Source of the DNA: the human T2T-CHM13v2.0 reference genome, Homo sapiens
Strand: one strand, 5' to 3'
NCBI RefSeq assembly: GCF_009914755.1
Contig: NC_060933.1
DNA: 64,000 nt
The notes beneath the pieces are model-generated. The model saw nothing but the letters and a program-made list of their open reading frames with translations, made no database searches and was not told where the DNA came from. A program made the translations under genes and the position numbers. How positions within the stretch are numbered: position 1 is the stretch's first letter; every line of letters begins with the position of its first letter. Shown here piece by piece: positions 13,601 to 27,931 of the stretch.

Positions 13601-16600
13601 TGCAGGGGAATGGAATGGAATGGAATGCAATGGAATGGAATCTTCCGGAATGGAATGGAATGGAATGGAATGGAATGAAATGCAATGGATTCAACTCGAT
13701 TGCAATGGAATGGAATAGAATGGAATGGAATGGAATGGAATGGAATTAATCCGAATTGAATGGAATGGAATGTAATGGAAAGGAATGGAACGGAATGGAA
13801 TGGAATGGAATGGTATGGAATGGAATGGAATGGTACGGAATAGAATGGAATGGAACGAATTGTAATGGAATGGAATTGAATGGAAAGGAATGGAATGGAA
13901 TCGAGTCAACGAGAGTGCAGGGGAATGTAAAGGAACGGAATGCAATGTAAAGGAATCATACGGAATGGAATGGAATGGAATGGAATGGTATGGAATCAAC
14001 CCGAGTGCAATGGAATGGAGTGGAATGGAATGGAATGCAATGGAACAACCCGAATGGAATGGAATGTAATGGAGAGTAAGGGAGTTGAATAGAATCAATC
14101 CGAATGTAATGGAATGGAATGCAACGGAATGGAATGGAATGGAATGGAATGGAATGGAATGGAATGCAATGGAATGGAATCAACTTGAGTACAATGGAAT
14201 GGAATGGAATGGAATGGAATGGAATGGAATGGAATGGAATAAAATGGAATGATACGGAATAGAATGGAATGGAACGAAATGGAATGGAATGGAAGGGAAT
14301 GGAATGGAATCGTTCCGAGTGCAATAGGAGGGAATGTATTCGAGTGGAATGGAAAGGAATGTAATCAACCAGAGTGGAATGGAAGGGAATGGAATGGAAT
14401 GGAAACTAATAGAATGGAATCAACCCAAGTGCAATGGAATGGAAAGGACTGGAATGGAATGGAATGGAATGGAATCAACTCGATTGGAATGGAATGGAAT
14501 GGAATGGAATGGAATGGAATGGAATGGAGTGGAATGGAATGGAGTGGAATGGAATGGAATCAACCCGAGTGCAGGGGAATGGAATGGAATGGAATGCAAT
14601 GGAATGGAATCATCCAGAATGGAATGGAATGGAATGGAATGCAAAGCAATGGAATCAAGTCGATTGCAATGGAATGGAATGGAATGGAAAGGAATACATT
14701 GGAATCAACCCGACTGGAATGGAATGGAAAGGACTGGAATGGAGTGGAATGGAATGGAATGGAATGGAATGGAATCAACTCGATTGGAATGGAATGGAAT
14801 GGAATGGAATGGAAAAGAATTAACCCGAATAGAATGGAATGGAATGGAATGGAACGGAACGGAATAGAATGGAATGGAATGGAATGGAATGGAATAAACC
14901 CGACTGCAGGGGAATGGAATGGAATGGAATGCAATGGAATGGATTCAACTTGAATGGAATGGAAAGAATGGAATCAACAGGAGTGGAATGGCATGGATTG
15001 GAATGGAATGGAATGGAATCAACCCGAGTACTGGGGAATGGAATGGAATGGAATGCAATGGAATGGAATCATCCGTAATGGAATGGAAAGGAATGGAATG
15101 GAATGGAATGGAATGGAATGGAATGGAATGGAATCAACTCGATTGCAATCGAATGGAATGGAATGGAATTAACCCGAATAGAATGGAATGGAACGGAACA
15201 GAACGGAATGGAATGGATTGGAATGGAATGGAATGGAATGGAATGGAACGGAAAGGAATGGAATGGAATGGAATGGAATGGAATGGAATGGAATGGAATC
15301 AACGCGAGTGCAGGGGAATGGAATGAAATGGAATGCAATGGAATGGAATCTTCTGGAATGGAATGGAATGGAATGGAATGGAATGGAATAAACCCGAGTG
15401 CAATGGAATGGAGTGGAAAGGAGTGGAATGGAATGGGACAACCCGAATGGAATGGAATGTAATGGAGAGTAAGGGAGTTGAAGAGAATCAATCCGAATGT
15501 AATGGAATGGAATGGAACGGAATGGAATTGAATGGAATGGAAAGGAATGCAATGGAATGGAATCAACCCGAGTGCAATGGAATGGAGAGGAATGGAATGG
15601 AATGGAATGGAAACTACCCGAATGGAATGGATTGTAATGGAGTGTAAGGGAATTGAATAGAATCAATCCGAATGTAATGGAATGGAATGGAACGGAATGG
15701 AATGGAATGGAATGGAATGGAATGCAATGGAATGGAATCAACCCGACTGCAATCGAATGGAATCGAATGGAATGGAATGCAATGGAATGGATTGCAATGG
15801 AATGGATTCAACTTGAATGGAAGAGAAAGAATGGAATCAACACGAGTGGAATGGCATGGATTGGAATGGAATGCAATGGAATCAACCCGAGTACAGGGGA
15901 ATGGAATGGAATGGAATGCAATGGAATGGAATCATCCGTAATGGAATGGAAAGGAATGGAATGGAATGGAATGGAATGGAATGGAATGGAATGGAATCAA
16001 CTCGATTGCAATCGAATGGAATGGAATGCAATTAACCCGAATAGAATGGAATGGAATGGAATGGAACGGAATGGAATGGAATGGAATGGAATGGAATGGA
16101 ATGCAATGGAATGGAATGGAATGGAATGGAATGGAATGCAATGGAATGGAATCAACCCGAGTGCAATCGAATGGAATCGAATGGAATGGAATGCAATGGA
16201 ATGGATTCAACTTGAATGGAATGGAAAGAATGGAATCAACACGAGTGGAATGGCATGGATTGGAATAGAATGGAATGGAAACAACCCGAGTACAGGGGAA
16301 TGGAATGGAATGCAATGCAATGGAATGGAATCATCCGTAATGGAATGGAAAGGAATGGAATGGAATGCAATGGAATGGAATGAAATGGAATCAACTCGAT
16401 TGCAATCGAATGGAATGGAATGGAATTAACCCGAATAGCATGGAAAGGAATGGAATGGAACGGAACGGAATGGAATGGAATGGAATGGAATGGAATGGTA
16501 TGGAATGGAATGGAATGGTACGGAATAGAATGGAATGGAATGAATTGTAATGGAATGGAATTGAATGGAATGGAATGGAATGGAATGGAATCAACGCGAG

Positions 16601-19600
16601 TGCAGGGGAATGTAATGGAACGGAATGCAATGGAATGGAATCATCCGGGATATAATGGAATGGAATGGAATGGAATGGAATGGAATCAACCAGAGTGCAA
16701 TGGAATGGAGTGGAATGGACTGGAATGGAATGGACCAACCCGAATGGAATGGAATGTAATGGAGAGTAATGGAGTTGAATAGAATCAATCCGAATGTAAT
16801 GGAATGGAATTCAACCTAATGGAATGGAAAGGAATGGAATGGAATGGAATGCAATGGAATGGAATCAACCCGAGTACAATGGAATGGAATGGAATGGAAT
16901 GAAATGGAATGGAATGGAATGGAATGATACGGAATAGAATGGAATGGAACGAAATGGAATGGAATGGAATGGAATGGAATGGAATGGAATGGAATGGAAT
17001 CGTTCCGAGTGGAATAGGAGGGAATGTATTCGAGTGGAATGGAAAGGAATGGAATCAACCTGAGTGGAATGGAAGGGAATGGAATGGAATGGAAACTAAT
17101 AGAATGGAATCAACCCGAGTGGAATGGAATGGAAAGGACTGGAATGGAATGGAGTGGAATGGAATGGAAACAAATCGATTGTAATGGAATGGAATGGAAA
17201 GGAATGGAATGGAATGGAATGGAATGGAATGGAATTAACCCGAATACAATGGAATGGAATGGAATGGAACGGAATGGAGTGGAATGGAATGGAATCAACC
17301 CGAGTGCAGGAGAATGGAATGGAATGGAATGCAATGGAATGGAATCATCCGGAAAGGAATGGAATGGAATGGAATGCAAAGCAATGGAATCAACTCGATT
17401 GCAATGGAATGGAATGGAATGGAAAGGAATACATTGGAATCAACCCGAGTGGAATGGAATGGAAAGGACTGGAATGGAGTGGAATGGAATGGAATGGAAT
17501 GGAATGGAATCAACTCGATTGGAATGGAATGGAATGGAATGGAATGGAATGGAATTAACCCGAATAGAATGGAATGGAATGGAATGGAACGGAACGGAAC
17601 GGAACGGAATGGAATGGAATGGAATTTAATGGAATGGAATCAACCCGAGTGCAGGGGAATGGAATGGAATGGAATGCAATGGAATGGATTCAACTTGAAT
17701 GGAATGGAAAGAATGGAATCAACACGAGTGGAATGGCATGGATTGGAATGGAATGGAATGGAATCAACCCGAGTACAGGGGAATGGAATGGAATGGAATG
17801 CAATGGAATGGAATCATCCATAATGGAATGGAAAGGAATGGAATGGAATGGAATGGAATGGAATGGAATGGAATCAACTCGATTGCAGTCGAATGGAATG
17901 GAATGGAATTAATCCGAATAGAATGGAATGGAATGGAATGGAACGGAACGGAATGGAATGGAATGCAATGGAATGGAACGGAACGGAACGGAACGGAATG
18001 GAATGGAATGGAATGGAATGGAATGGAATCAACACGAGTGCAGGGGAATGGAATGGAATGGAATGCAATGGAATGGAATCTTCCGGAATGGAATGGAATG
18101 GAATGGAATGGAATGAAATGCAATGGATTCAACGCGATTGCAATGGAATGGAATAGAATGGAATTTAATGGAATGGAATGGAATTAATCCGAATAGAATG
18201 GAATGGAATGGAATGGAACGGAATGGAACGGAATGGAATGGAATGGAATGGAATGGAATGGAACAGAATTGAATGGAATGGAATGGAATGGAATGCAATG
18301 GAATGGAATGGAATGGAATGGAATGGAACGCAATGGAATGGAATCAACCCGAGTGCAATCGAGTGGAATCGAATGGAATGCAATGCAATGGAATGGATTC
18401 AACTTGAATGGAATGGAAAGAATGGAATCAACACGAGTGGAATGGCATGGATTGGAATAGAATGGAATGGAAACAACCCGAGTACAGGGGAATGGAATGG
18501 AATGCAATGCAATGGAATGGAATCATCCGTAATGGAATGGAAAGGAATGGAATGGAATGGAATGGAATGGAATGGAATCAACTCGATTGCAATGGAATGG
18601 AATGGAATGGAATTAAACCGAATAGCATGGAAAGGAATGGAATGGAACGGAACGGAATGGAATGGAATGGAATGGAATGGAACGGAACGGAACGAAACGG
18701 AACGGAATGGAATGGAATGGAATGGAATGGAATGGAATGGAATAAACGCGAGTGCAGGGGAATGGAATGGAATGGAATGCAATGGAATGGAATCTTCCGG
18801 AATGGAATGGAATGGAATGGAATGGAATGAAATTCAATGGATTCAACTCGATTGCAATAGAATGGAATAGAATGGAATGGAATGGAATGGAATGGAATGG
18901 AATGGAATTAACCCGAATAGTATGGAATGGAATGGAATGCAACGGAATGGAAAGGAATGGAATGGAATGGAATGCAATGGAATGGTATGGAATGGAGTAG
19001 AATGGTACGGAATAGAATGGAATGGAACGAATTGTAATGGAATGGAATTGAATGGAATGGAATGGAATGGAATGGAATCAACGCGAGTGCAGGGGAATGT
19101 AATGGAAGGGAATGCAATGGAATGGAATCATCCGGAATGGAATGGAATGGAATGGAATGGAATGGAATGGAATCAACCCGAGTGCAATGGAATGGAGTGG
19201 AATGGAATGGAATGGAATGGAACAACCCGAATGGAATGGAATGTAATGGAGAGTAAGGGAGTTGAATAGAATCAGTCCGAATGTAATGGAATGAAATGCA
19301 ACGGAATGGAATGGAATGGAATGGAATGGAATGCAATGGAATGGAATCAACCCGAGTACAATGGAATGGAATGGAATGGAATGGAATGGAATGCCTTCAA
19401 ACCGAATGGAATGGAAAGGAATGGAATCAACACGAGTGGAATGGAATGGAATGGAATCAATGGAATGATACGGAATAGAATGGAATGGAACGAAATGGAA
19501 TGGAATGGAATGGAATGGAATGGAATGGAATGCAATGGAATGGAATGGAATCAACGCGAGTGGAGGGGAATGGAATGGAATCGAATGGAATGGAATGGAA

Positions 19601-22600
19601 TGGAATTGAATCATCCGGAATGGAATAGAATGGAATGGAATGGAATCAACCCGAGTGCAGGACAATGTAACGGAACGGAATGCAGTGGAATGGAATCATC
19701 CGGAATGGAATAGAATGGAATGGAATGGAATCAACCCGAGTGCAGGGGAATGTAACGGAACGGAATGCAATGGAATGGAATCATCCGGAATGGAATAGAA
19801 TGGAATGGAATGGAATCAACCCGAGTGGAATGGAAGGGAATGGAATGGAATGGAAACTAATAGAATGGAATCAACCCGAGTGGAATGGAATGGAAAGGAC
19901 TGGAATGGAATGGAATGGAATGGAATCAACTCGATTGTAATGGAATGGAATGGAATGGAATGGAATGGAATTAACCCGAATACAATGGAATGGAATGGAA
20001 TGGAAGGGAATGGAGTGGAATGGAATGGAATCAATCCGAGTACACGGGAATGGAATGGAATGGAATGCAATGGAATGGAATCATCCGGAATGGAATGGCA
20101 TGGAATGGAATGCAAAGCAATGGAATCAACTCGATTGCAATGGAATGTAATGGAATGGAAAGGAATACATTGGAATAGAGCCGACTGGAATGAAATGGAA
20201 AGGACTGGAATGGAGTGGAATGGAATGGAATGGAATGGAATGGAATCAACTCGATTGGAATGGAATGGAATGGAATGGAATGGAATGGAATGGAATGGAA
20301 TGCAATTAACCCGAATAGAATGGAATGGAATGGAATGGAACGGAACGGAATGGAATGGAATGGAATGGAATGGAATTTAATGGAATGGAATCAACCCGAC
20401 TGCAGGGGAATGGAATGGAATGGAATGCAATGGAATGGATTCAACTTGAATGGAATGGAAAGAATGGAATCAATACGAGTGGAATGGCATGGATTGGAAT
20501 GGAATGGAATGGAATCAACCCGAGTACAGGGGAAAGGAATGGAATGGAATGCAATGGAATGGAATCATCCGTAATGGAATGGAAAGGAATGGAATGGAAT
20601 GGAATGGAATCAACTCGATTGCAATCGAATGGAATGGAATGGAATTAACCTGAATAGAAAGGAATGGAATGGAATGGAATGGAATGGAACGGAAAGGAAT
20701 GGAATGGAATGGAATGGAATGGAATGGAATGGAATGGAACGGAAAGGAATGGAATGGAATGGAATGGAATGGAATGGAATGGAACGGAATGGAATCAACG
20801 TGAGTGCAGGGGAATGGAATGGAATGGAATGCAACGGAATTGAATCTTCCGGAATGGAATGGAATGGAATGGAATGGAATGGAATAAACCCGAGTGCAAT
20901 GGAATGGAGTGGAATGGAATGGAATGGAATGGAACAACCCGAATGGAATGGAATGTAATGGAGAGTAAGGGAGTTGAATAGAATCAATCCGAATGTAATG
21001 GAATGGAATGGAACGGAATGGAATGGAATGGAATGGAATGGAATGGAATGCAATGGAATGGAATCAACCCGAGTGCAATGGAATGGAGAGGAATGGAATG
21101 GAATGGAATGGAAACTACCCGAATGGAATGGAATGTAATGGAGTGTAAGGGAATTGAATAGAATCAATCCGAATGTAATGGAATGGAATGGAACGGAATG
21201 GAATGGAATGGAATGGAATGGAATGGAATGGAATGGAATGCTATGGAATGGAATCAACCCGAGTGCAATCGAATGGAATCAAATGGAATGGAATGCAATG
21301 GAATGGATTCAACTTGAATGGAATGGAAAGAATGGAATCAACACGAGTGGAAGGGCATGGATTGGAATGCAATGGAATGGAATCAACCCGAGTACAGGGG
21401 AATGGAATGGAATGGAATGCAATGGAATGGAATCATCCGTAATGGAATGGAAAGGAATGGAATGGAATGGAATGGAATGGAATGGAATCAACACGATTGC
21501 AATCGAATGGAATGGAACGGTATTAACCCGAATAGAATGGAATGGAATGGAATGGAACGGAACGGAATGGAATGGAATGGAATGGAATGGAATGGAATGG
21601 AATGGAACGGAACGGAACGGAATGGAATGGAATGGAATGGAATGGAATGGAATGGAATCAACGCGAGTGCAGGGGAATGGAATGGAATGGAATGCAATGG
21701 AATGGAATCTTCTGGAATGGAATGGAATGGAATGGAATGGAATGAAATGCAATGGATTCAACTCGATTGCAATGGAATGGAATAGAATGGAATGGAATGG
21801 AATGGAATGGAATTAACCCGAATAGAATGGAATGGAATGGAATGGAACGGAATGGAATGGAATGGAATGGTATGGAACGGAATGGAATGGTACGGAATAG
21901 AATGGAATGGATCGAATTGTAATGGAATGGAATTGAATGGAATGGAATGGAATGGAATGGAATGGAATCAACGCGAGTGCAGGGGAATGTAATGGAACGG
22001 AATGCAATGGAATGGAATCATCCGGAATGGAATGGAATGGAATGGAATGGAATGGAATGGAATCAAACCGAGTGCAATGGAATGGAGTGGAATGGAATGG
22101 AATGGAATGGAACAACACGAATGGAACGGAATGTAATGGAGAGTAAGGGAGTTGAATAGAATCAATCCGAATGTAATGGAATGGAATGCAACGGAATGGA
22201 ATGGAATGGAATGGAATGGAATGCAATGGAATGGAATCAACCCGAGTACAATGGAATGGAATGTAATGGAATGGAATGGAATGGAATGGAATGGAATGGA
22301 ATGCCTTAAATCCGAATGGAATGGAAAGGAATGGAATCAACACGAGTGGAATGGAATGGAATGGAATGGAATGGAATGGAATGATACGGAATAGAATGGA
22401 ATGGAACGAAATGGAATGGAATGGAATGGAATGGAATGGAATGGAATAGTTCCGAGTGGAATAGGAGGGAATGTATTCGAGTGGAATGCAAAGGAATGGA
22501 ATTAACCAGACTGGAATGGAAGGGAATGGAATGGAATGGAAACTAATAGAATGGAATCAACCCGAGTGGAATGGATTGGAAAGGACTGGAATGGAATGGA

Positions 22601-25166
22601 ATGGAATGGAATCAACTCGATTGTAATGGAATGGATTGGAATGGAATGGAATGGAAGGAATTAACCCGAATACAATGGAATGGAATGGAATTGAACGGAA
22701 TGGAGTGGAATGGAATGGAATCAAGCCGAGGGCAGGGGAATGGAATGGAATGGAATGCAATGGAATGGAATCATCCGGAATGGAATGGAAAGGAATGGAA
22801 TGGAATCAATTCGATTGGAATGGAATGGAATGGAATGGAATGGAATGGAATGGAATTAACCCGAATAGAATGGAATGGAATGGAATGGAACGGAAAGGAA
22901 TGGAATGGAATGGAATGGAATGGAATGAAATCAACCCGACTGCAGGGGAATGGAATGGAATGGAATGCAATGGAATGGAATCATCCATAATGGAATGGAA
23001 AGGAATGGAATGGAATGGAATGGAATGGAATGGAATGGAATCAACTCGCTTGTAATCGAATGGAATGGAATGGAATTAACCCGAATAGATTGGAATGGAA
23101 TGGAATGGAATCAACCCGAGTACAGGGGAATGGAATGGAATGGAATGCAATGGAATGGAATCATCCATAAAGGAATGGAAAGGAATGGAATGGAATGGAA
23201 TGGAATGGAATGGAATAGAATGGAATTGAATGGAATGGAATCAACTCGATTGCAATAGAATGGAATGGAATGGAATTAACCCGAATAGAATGGAATGGAA
23301 TGGAATGGAACGGAACGGAATTGAATGGAATGGAATGGAATGGAACGGAACGGAATGGAATGGAATGGAATGGAATGGAATGGAATCAACACGAGTGCAT
23401 GGGAATGGAATGGAATGGATTGGAATGGAATGGAATCTTCCGGAATGGAATGGAATGGAATGGAATGGAATGGAATGGATTTAACTCGATTGCAATGGAA
23501 TGGAATGGAATGGAATGGAATGGAATGGAATGGAATGGAATGGCATTAACCCGAATAGAATGGAATGGAATGGAATGGAATGGAAAGGAAGGTAATGGAA
23601 TGGAATGGAATGGAATCAACCCGAGTGCAGGGGAATGGAATGGAATGGAATGCAATGGAATGGAATCATCCGGAATGGAATGCAATGGAATGGAATGGAA
23701 TGCAATGGAATGGAATCATCCGGAATGGAATGGATTGGAATGGAATGGAATGGAATCGAATGGAATGGAATGGAATGGAATCAACTCGATTCCAATGGAA
23801 TGGAATGGAATGGAATGGAATGGAATGGAATGGAATCAACTCGATTCCAATGGAATGGAATGGAATAGAACGGAATGGAATTAACACGAATAGAATGGAA
23901 TGGAATGGAATGGAACGGAATGGAATGGAATGGAATGGATTCAACTCGATTGCAATGGAATGAAATAGAATGGAATGGAATGGAATGGAATGGAATTAAC
24001 CCGAATAGAATGGAATGGAATGGAATGGAACGGAATGTAATGGAATAGAATGGAATGGAATCAACCTGAGTGCAGGGGAATGGAATGGAATGGAATGCAA
24101 TGGAATGGAATCATCAGGAATGGAATGGAATGGAATGGAATGGAATGGAATCAACTCGTTTTCAATGGAATGGAATGGAATAGAATGGAATGGAATTAAC
24201 ACGAATAGAATGGATTGGAATGGAATGGAATGGAACGGAAAGGAATGGAATAGAATGGAATGGAATCAACCAAAGTGCAGGGGAATGGAATGGAATGGAA
24301 TTCAGTGGAATGGAATCATCCGGAATGGAATGGAATGGAATGGAATGGCATGGAATGGAATGGAATCAACCCGAGTGCAATGGAATGGAGAGGAATGGAA
24401 TGGAATGGAATGGAATGGAATGGAATCAACCCGATTACAGGGGAATTTAATGGAATGGAATGGAATGCAATGGAATGGAATCATCCGTAATGGAATGGAA
24501 AAGAATGGAATGGAATGGAATGGAATGGAATGGAATTTAATGGAATGGAATCATCTAGATTGCAATCGAATGGAATGGAATGTAATTAACCCGAATAGAA
24601 TGGAATGGAATGGAATGGAACGGAACGGAATGGAATGGAAAGGAATGGAATGGAATGGAATGGACTGGAATGGAATCAACGCGAGTGCAGTGGAATGGAA
24701 TGGAATGGAATGCAATGGAATGGTATGTTCCGGAATGGAATGGAATGGAATGGAATGGAATGGAATGGAATGGAATGCAATGGATTCAACTCGATTGCAA
24801 TGGAATGGAATAGAATGGAATGGAATGGAATGGAATGGAATGGAATGGAATGGAATCAACCCGAATAGAATGGAATGGAATGGAATGGAACGGAACGGAA
24901 TGGAATGGAACGGAATGGAATGGAATGCAATGGAATGGAATGGAATGGTATGGAATGGAATGGAATGGTAAGGAATAGAATGGAATGGAACGAATTGGAA
25001 TGGAATGGAATCGAATGGAATGGAATGGAATAAACCTGAGTGCAGGGGAATGTAATGGAACGGAATGCAATGGAATGGAATCATCCGGAATGGAATGGAA
25101 TGGAATGGAATGGAATGGAATCAACCCGAGTGCAATGGAATGGAGTGGAATGGAATGGAATGGAAT

Positions 25167-27931
25167 GTAAACAACACGAATGGAATGGAATATAATGGAG
25201 TGTAAGGGAATTGAGTGGAATCAATCCGAATGTAATGGAATGGAATGGAAAGGAATGGAATGGAATGGAATGGAATGGATTGGAATCAACCCGAGTGTAA
25301 TGGAATGGAATCGAAAGGAATGGAAAGGAATGGAATGGATTCAACTCGATTGCAATGGAATGGAATAGAATGGAATGGAATGGAATGGAATTAACCCGAA
25401 TAGAATGGAATGGAATGGAATGGAACGCAACGGAATGGAATGGAATGGAATGGAATGGAATGGAATGGAATGGAATGGAATGGTATGGAATGGAATGGAA
25501 TGGTGCGGAATAGAATGGAATGGAACGAATTGGAATGGAATGGAATCGAATGGAATGGAATGGAATGGAATGGAATCAACCCGAGTGCAGTGGATTGTAA
25601 TGGAACGGAATGCACTGGAATGGAATCATCCGCAATGGAATGGAATGGAATGAAATGGAATCAACCCGAGTGCTTTGGAATGGAGTGGAATGGAATGGAA
25701 TGGAATGTAAACAACCCGAATGGAATGGAATATAATAGAGTGTAAGGGAATTGAATGGAATCAATCCGAATGCAATGGAATGGAATGGAAAGGAATGGAA
25801 TTGAATGGAATGGAATGGAATGGAATCAACCCGAGTGTAATGGAATGGAATCGAAAGGAATGGAAAGCAATGGAATGGATTCAACACCAATGTAATGGAA
25901 AGGAATGGAATCAACCTGAGTGGAATGGCATGGAATGGAATGGAAAGGAATGGAATGGAATGGTACAGAACAGAATGGATTGGAACGAAATGGAATGGAA
26001 TGGAATGGAATGGAATGCAATCAACTCGATTGCAATGGAATGGAATGGAATGGAATGGAATAGTATGGAAGGGAATTAACCCGAATAGATTGGAATGGAA
26101 TGGAAAGGAATCAACGCGAGTACAGGGGAATGGAATGGAATGGAATGCAATGGAATGGAATCATCCGTAAAGGAATGGAAAGGAATGGAATGGAATGGAA
26201 TGGAATGGAATAGAATAGAATGGAATGGAATGGAATCAACTCGATTGCAATAGAATGGAATGGAATGCAATTAACCCGAATAGAATGGAATGGAATGGAA
26301 TGGAACGGAACGGAATGGAATAGAATGGAATGGAATGGAATGGAATGGAATGGAACGGAACGGAACGGAATGAAATGGAATGGAATGGAATGGAATGGAA
26401 TCAACGCGAGTGCAGGGGAATGGAATGGAATGAAATGCAATGGAATGGAATTTTCCGGAATGGAATGGAATGGAATGGATTCAACTCGATTGCAATGGAA
26501 TGGAATGGAATGGAATGGAATGGAATGGAATGGAATTAACACGAATAGAATGGAATGGAATGGAATGGAAAGGAAGGTAATGGAATGGAATGGAATGGAA
26601 TCAACCCGAGTGCAGGGGAATGGAATGGAATGGAATGCAATGGAATGGAATCATCCGGAATGGAATGCAATGGAATGGAATGGAATGCAATGGAATGGAA
26701 TCATCCGGAATGGAATGGAATGGAATGGAATGGAATGGAATGGAATGGAATCAACTCGATTCCAATGGAATGGAATGGAATAGAACGGAATGGAATTAAC
26801 ACGAATAGAATGGAATGGAATGTAATGGAACGGAACGGAATGGAATGGAATGGAATGGAATGGACTGGAATGGAATCAACCCGAATAGAATGGAATGGAA
26901 TGGAATGGAACGGAACGGAACTGAATGGAATGGAATGCAATGGAATGGAATGGAATGATATGGAATGGAATGGAATGGTACGGAATAGAATGGAATGGAA
27001 CAAATTGGAATGGAATGGAATCGAATGGAATGGAATGGAATCAACCCGAGTGCAGGGGAATGTAATGGAACGGAATGCAATGGAATGGAATCATCTGGAA
27101 TGGAATGGAATGGAATGGAATCAACCCGAGTGCAATGGAATGGAGTGGAATGGAATGGAATGGAATGTAAACAACCCGAATGGAATGGAATATACTGGAG
27201 TGTAAGGGAATTGAATGGAATCAATCCGAATGTAATGGAATGGAATGGAAAGGAATGGAATGGAATGGAATGGAATTGAATGGAATCAACCCGAGTGTAA
27301 TGGAATGGAATCGAAAGGAATGGAAAGGAATGGAATGGATTCAACTCGACTGCAATGGAATGGAATAGAATGGAATGGAATGGAATGGAATGGAATGGAA
27401 TGGAATGGAATTAACCCGAATAGAATGGAATGGAATGGAATGGAATAGACTGGAATGGAAACAACGCGAGTCCAGGGGAATGGAATGGAATGGAATGCAA
27501 TGGAATGGAATCTTCTGGAATGGAATGGAATGGAATGGAATGGAATGAAATGCAATGGATTCAACTCGATTGCAATGGAATGGAATAGAATGGAATGGAA
27601 TGGAATGGAATGGAATTAACCCGAATAGAATGGAATGGAATGGAACGGAATGGAACGGAATGGAATGGAATGGAATGGAATGGAATGGAATGGAATGGAA
27701 TGGTATTGAATGGAATGGAATGGTACGGAATAGAATGGAATGGAACGAATTGTAATGGAATGGAATTGAATGCAATGGAATGGAATGGAATGGAATCAAC
27801 GCGAGTGCAGGGGAATGTAATGGAACGGAATGCAATGGAATGGAATCATCCGGAATGGAATGGAATGGAATGGAATGGAATGGAATCAACCCGAGTGCAA
27901 TGGAATGGAGTGGAATGGAATGGAATGGAAT
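25167..27931 (+). repeat. HOR copy 1 (2765 bp)
   Basis: Starts at GTAAACAACACGAAT (25167); TGCTTT at 25671; TTTCC at 26452; CTTCT at 27512. The unit phase is chosen at the junction marker. Confidence 0.9.

Larger units (their letters stand above)
1..22900 (+). repeat. HSat3 sub-domain A (irregular mosaic of duplicated modules)
   Basis: Diagnostic variants: CGTTCCGAGTGGAATAGGAGG cassette (3801, 4691, 5971, 7774, 11738, 12922, 14311, 17001, variant at 22448), GCAAAGCAAT (1246, 2065, 6286, 14641, 17376, 20112), GGAATACATT and GGAACAACCCGAAT...GAGAGTAAGGGAGTTGAAT. The boundary is approximate. Confidence 0.8.
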
